Both the position numbers and the translations under genes were made by a program. From assembly GCA_903813345.2 (NCBI GenBank), contig CAIIXF020000001.1, forward strand, positions 44,640,001 through 44,704,000: a stretch of 64,000 bases of DNA, read 5' to 3'. Of the stretch, positions 62,139 to 64,000 are shown in pieces (position 1 is the stretch's first letter; every line of letters starts with the position of its first letter). This stretch comes from Owenia fusiformis. Lineage: Eukaryota. Below the pieces are notes generated by a model that worked only from the letters and a program-made list of their open reading frames with translations, was not told the origin of the DNA and made no database searches.

Positions 62139-64000
62139 GGTAGGTATTTTAAGTGTAAGTGGTGTGGATTATTATGTTGTATACGGGGAAAAGATTGTGA
62201 CATTCTCAGGACGATAGTCCTGGCACGTGAAAATAGCCAATAACTTAGCTAAACATCAAAATATTTAATATAAATACGAGTCTATTTTAAAAATCACTGT
62301 GAGAAAACATGTAGTGAATTGAAATTGAAAGGTTTGAAACCTTGTCTGATATTGCATGATTTTGTCTAAAATTAAAAGCAAGTGGTCTGCCATGGCTCCC
62401 TGGGTTCCAATTCCAACTAAATGTTTTAATCTGTTCAGTGCTCATCATCATTGTATCATAGAAAATGTTAAGTATTTCAGTTTTAGGGTTCATGATCTTT
62501 ACTTGTGAAACCATATTGGGAGCTTTGAAGTAAGAAACAGTTTAACCTGCTTCTTTTAATCCCTCATAATTCTTTGCTAAAAAATCACACCTGCAAGTCT
62601 GAACAAACAAGGATTATTACCAATCTTCAATTTTAAATTCACCCCAAACATGATTTATTTATGTATGGAATGCGCTCTAGCGTTCAATACCACTTTTTCT
62701 TGCTCATTAAATGCTTAAAGATGGCGTTAGTACTCTCAGAGTTGTTTACAACTATCATCCATATACCATATAACCATTCAATTATGTAATACTTCATCTA
62801 TAATTGATTATGTCTAGAATAAGCCAGGCAATTACATCAAACAAGCTTTATACATAGAGGTATCATTTCCATATTGCATAATTCCACTTGGATGTTGTTG
62901 TAAACAAAGCAAAATTAGAAAATTAAACCAGCATAGCTAATCATTTTAGTATTGCCTATAATGTGTGCAACCCATCCACCTCACTTCCTTGTGAAGTAAG
63001 GTGCAGGGGCATAGCCAGCTTACAGTCAGGGGGGGTGTATAGGGGAGGCGTTTACAAGTACATGAAACAAGATTAGATTTATTTTAATGTTTTATAAAGT
63101 ACTATTATATGTTGTGGAATTTATTTTTTGTGATTAGTATTGACTATAAATACATTTTAAATCATCTGTTTTACCCAAGTAATAGTTTCTAAATCATTTT
63201 ACGGATTCATGAAGAAACTAGAGATATTCATGAAACATATCACTCCATGTTCATGTTATGTCAAGATATTTTATCAGTTTAACCCAATGTCACTCACATT
63301 ATGTGTTTATGTTTCATATTGATTTTTTTTCAAATTACTATTTAATTTTAGACTATTTCAAATCGATGCTTACAATAAATGAATGGCATTGTGTGACAGT
63401 GTCCCACTTATATGGAATTATTAGTTCAATAGAGTTTCTTTATGATTTTTTTAAGTGATTTTGAATTCACTTTCATATTTCCTTCTTCAGAAATATGTAC
63501 CATCATAGCGGAGGAAGAGACTGACAAAATGATAATTGAAATGTCAAACTTATTATAAAAATCATGAAATCAAGTTTAATGGTTATGTCAATATCTATCG
63601 AGCCTGTAAATCGTGACCCGCTGGAGGTATTTTAACTTCAAGGAAAATGCTTTTAGAAAAAATCAGGGAAATGTTATTGTAACAGTGTCCCACTATATAA
63701 TAGTAGTATGATTGTCTAACAACATTCTGAGTTTCCTGATTTTGAAGGGAAATAACCAATCAACAGTGTGATCAACCAAGATACTTATGTAAAGTATGTT
63801 AGCACTTGTTTGAAGACAGTAGTGCCCCTTCTACTTCCTCTGTTTAACATCCAGGATACACCAGGGGGGGGGGGGGGTGTCACATAAGGGGGTGGGGCCC
63901 ACATTATAGGTCAGAAAAAATTATTGCACCGAAAAAGATTTTGGGCCTCTAAAATCAAAGATTGGGCATAAATTTTGATAATAATTTTAATAAAGGTTTC

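Larger units (their letters stand above)
60432..62226. mobile_element. Outer TIR element hosting two nested MITEs
   Basis: Left TIR GTGCCAGGACTA[insert]TAGTCCTGAGAACATCTCAATCTTTT matches reverse complement of AAAAGATTGTGACATTCTCAGGACGATAGTCCTGGCAC at ~62189-62226. Confidence 0.72.

Overview
AT-rich animal genomic DNA, probably from an invertebrate such as a lophotrochozoan (inference from gene architecture and repeat types). One minus-strand multi-exon gene occupies ~55.7 kb. I reconstructed 27 GT-AG exons by hand with consistent phases (4368 nt, 1456 codons, running off the left edge). They encode a receptor-type protein tyrosine phosphatase: signal peptide, F-type (fucolectin) lectin domain, EGF-like module, six FN3 repeats plus a membrane-proximal FN3-like domain, TM helix, catalytically intact PTP D1 and the start of D2. 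Introns and the upstream region are dense with non-autonomous elements: Helentron-type (HINE-like) elements with internal tandem arrays, Kolobok-, Harbinger-, mariner- and hAT-like MITEs (some nested), a tRNA-derived SINE and minisatellites. The most unusual object is a ~517-bp miniature LTR retroelement in intron 1 whose two LTRs each contain a tRNA-like sequence. Most ORFs in the supplied track are exon fragments or repeat artefacts.
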